Positions 47,416-47,562 of a stretch of 47,562 nt of DNA are shown piece by piece (position 1 is the first letter of the stretch; every line of letters begins with the position of its first letter). The stretch covers positions 1 to 47,562 of the forward strand of contig CALVKE010000011.1 of assembly GCA_944332535.1 (NCBI GenBank). Reading direction: 5' to 3'. Position numbers and translations under genes: made by a program. The notes under the pieces were generated by a model. It was not told where the DNA came from. It did not search any database and worked only from the letters and a program-made list of their open reading frames with translations. The stretch comes from an uncultured Bacilli bacterium. GTDB taxonomy: Bacteria; Bacillota_I; Bacilli_A; RF39; UBA660.

Positions 47416-47562
47416 TTATTTATATTCTTTTTCAACAACTTTTGTTTTAAAAATGATATCTCCTATTTTTCTCTTATTTGCTAGAATTAAAATAGCGTCA
47501 ATTGGCCATAAAAATACAAAAATGTTTCTAAGAATAAGCGTCGATACACTTGGTACAGTATT
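47416..47562 (-). CDS. C-terminal 48 codons of a second RDD-family protein (N-terminus beyond the right edge)
   Basis: Not in the track. The minus strand reads ...LILRNIFVFLWPIDAILILANKRKIGDIIFKTKVVEKEYK*, which parallels the C-terminal R(K)xGD...T.VV end of RDD proteins such as the one at 38881-39471. Confidence 0.5.
   Translation of the reverse strand, partial: NTVPSVSTLILRNIFVFLWPIDAILILANKRKIGDIIFKTKVVEKEYK

Overview
This is a 47.6 kb AT-rich window (roughly one-third G+C by eye, not computed) from a low-GC Firmicute. The yabP-yabQ-divIC-spoVG-sigH gene set suggests a spore-former or spore-former-derived lineage, such as Erysipelotrichia or Clostridia relatives. Every credible gene lies on the minus strand.

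Read in the direction of transcription, the backbone is a Bacillus-like, origin-proximal housekeeping array:
- spoVG, yabP, yabQ, divIC, tilS, ftsH, dusB, an RDD protein, lysS
- clpC, cysS, mrnC, rlmB, a sigH-like sigma factor, secE, nusG
- rplK, rplA, rplJ, rplL, a YbxB-like methyltransferase, rpoB, rpoC
- rpsF, ssb, rpsR, a DHH phosphoesterase, rplI, dnaB, an M23 peptidase, yycJ, rlmH

I saw no rRNA, tRNA, CRISPR array, transposase or integrase.

The unusual feature is that nearly every classical junction of this backbone carries a small cassette of cell-envelope or surface genes:
- **nusG|rplK (best candidate for something undescribed):** a nusG-coupled 133-aa ORF, followed by a self-contained promoter-to-terminator unit. 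That unit encodes a 289-aa anchored protein and a 605-aa chimeric prepilin with a class III signal, three Listeria-Bacteroides repeats and a 10-Cys tail.
- **sigH|secE:** a sortase B, a substrate carrying an NPSTSD sorting signal, and a tail-anchored protein.
- **rplL|methyltransferase:** an ABC-2 transporter.
- **rpoC|rpsF:** three small bitopic membrane proteins. One is a 48-aa ORF absent from the ORF track, and one has a pilin-head-like module.
- **lysS|clpC:** a tail-anchored protein and a YfcC-like permease.

I also see an L10 leader and two 23S L1-stalk mimics, one before rplK and one abutting the rplA SD. All domain calls come from reading the translations by eye; no database search was run.
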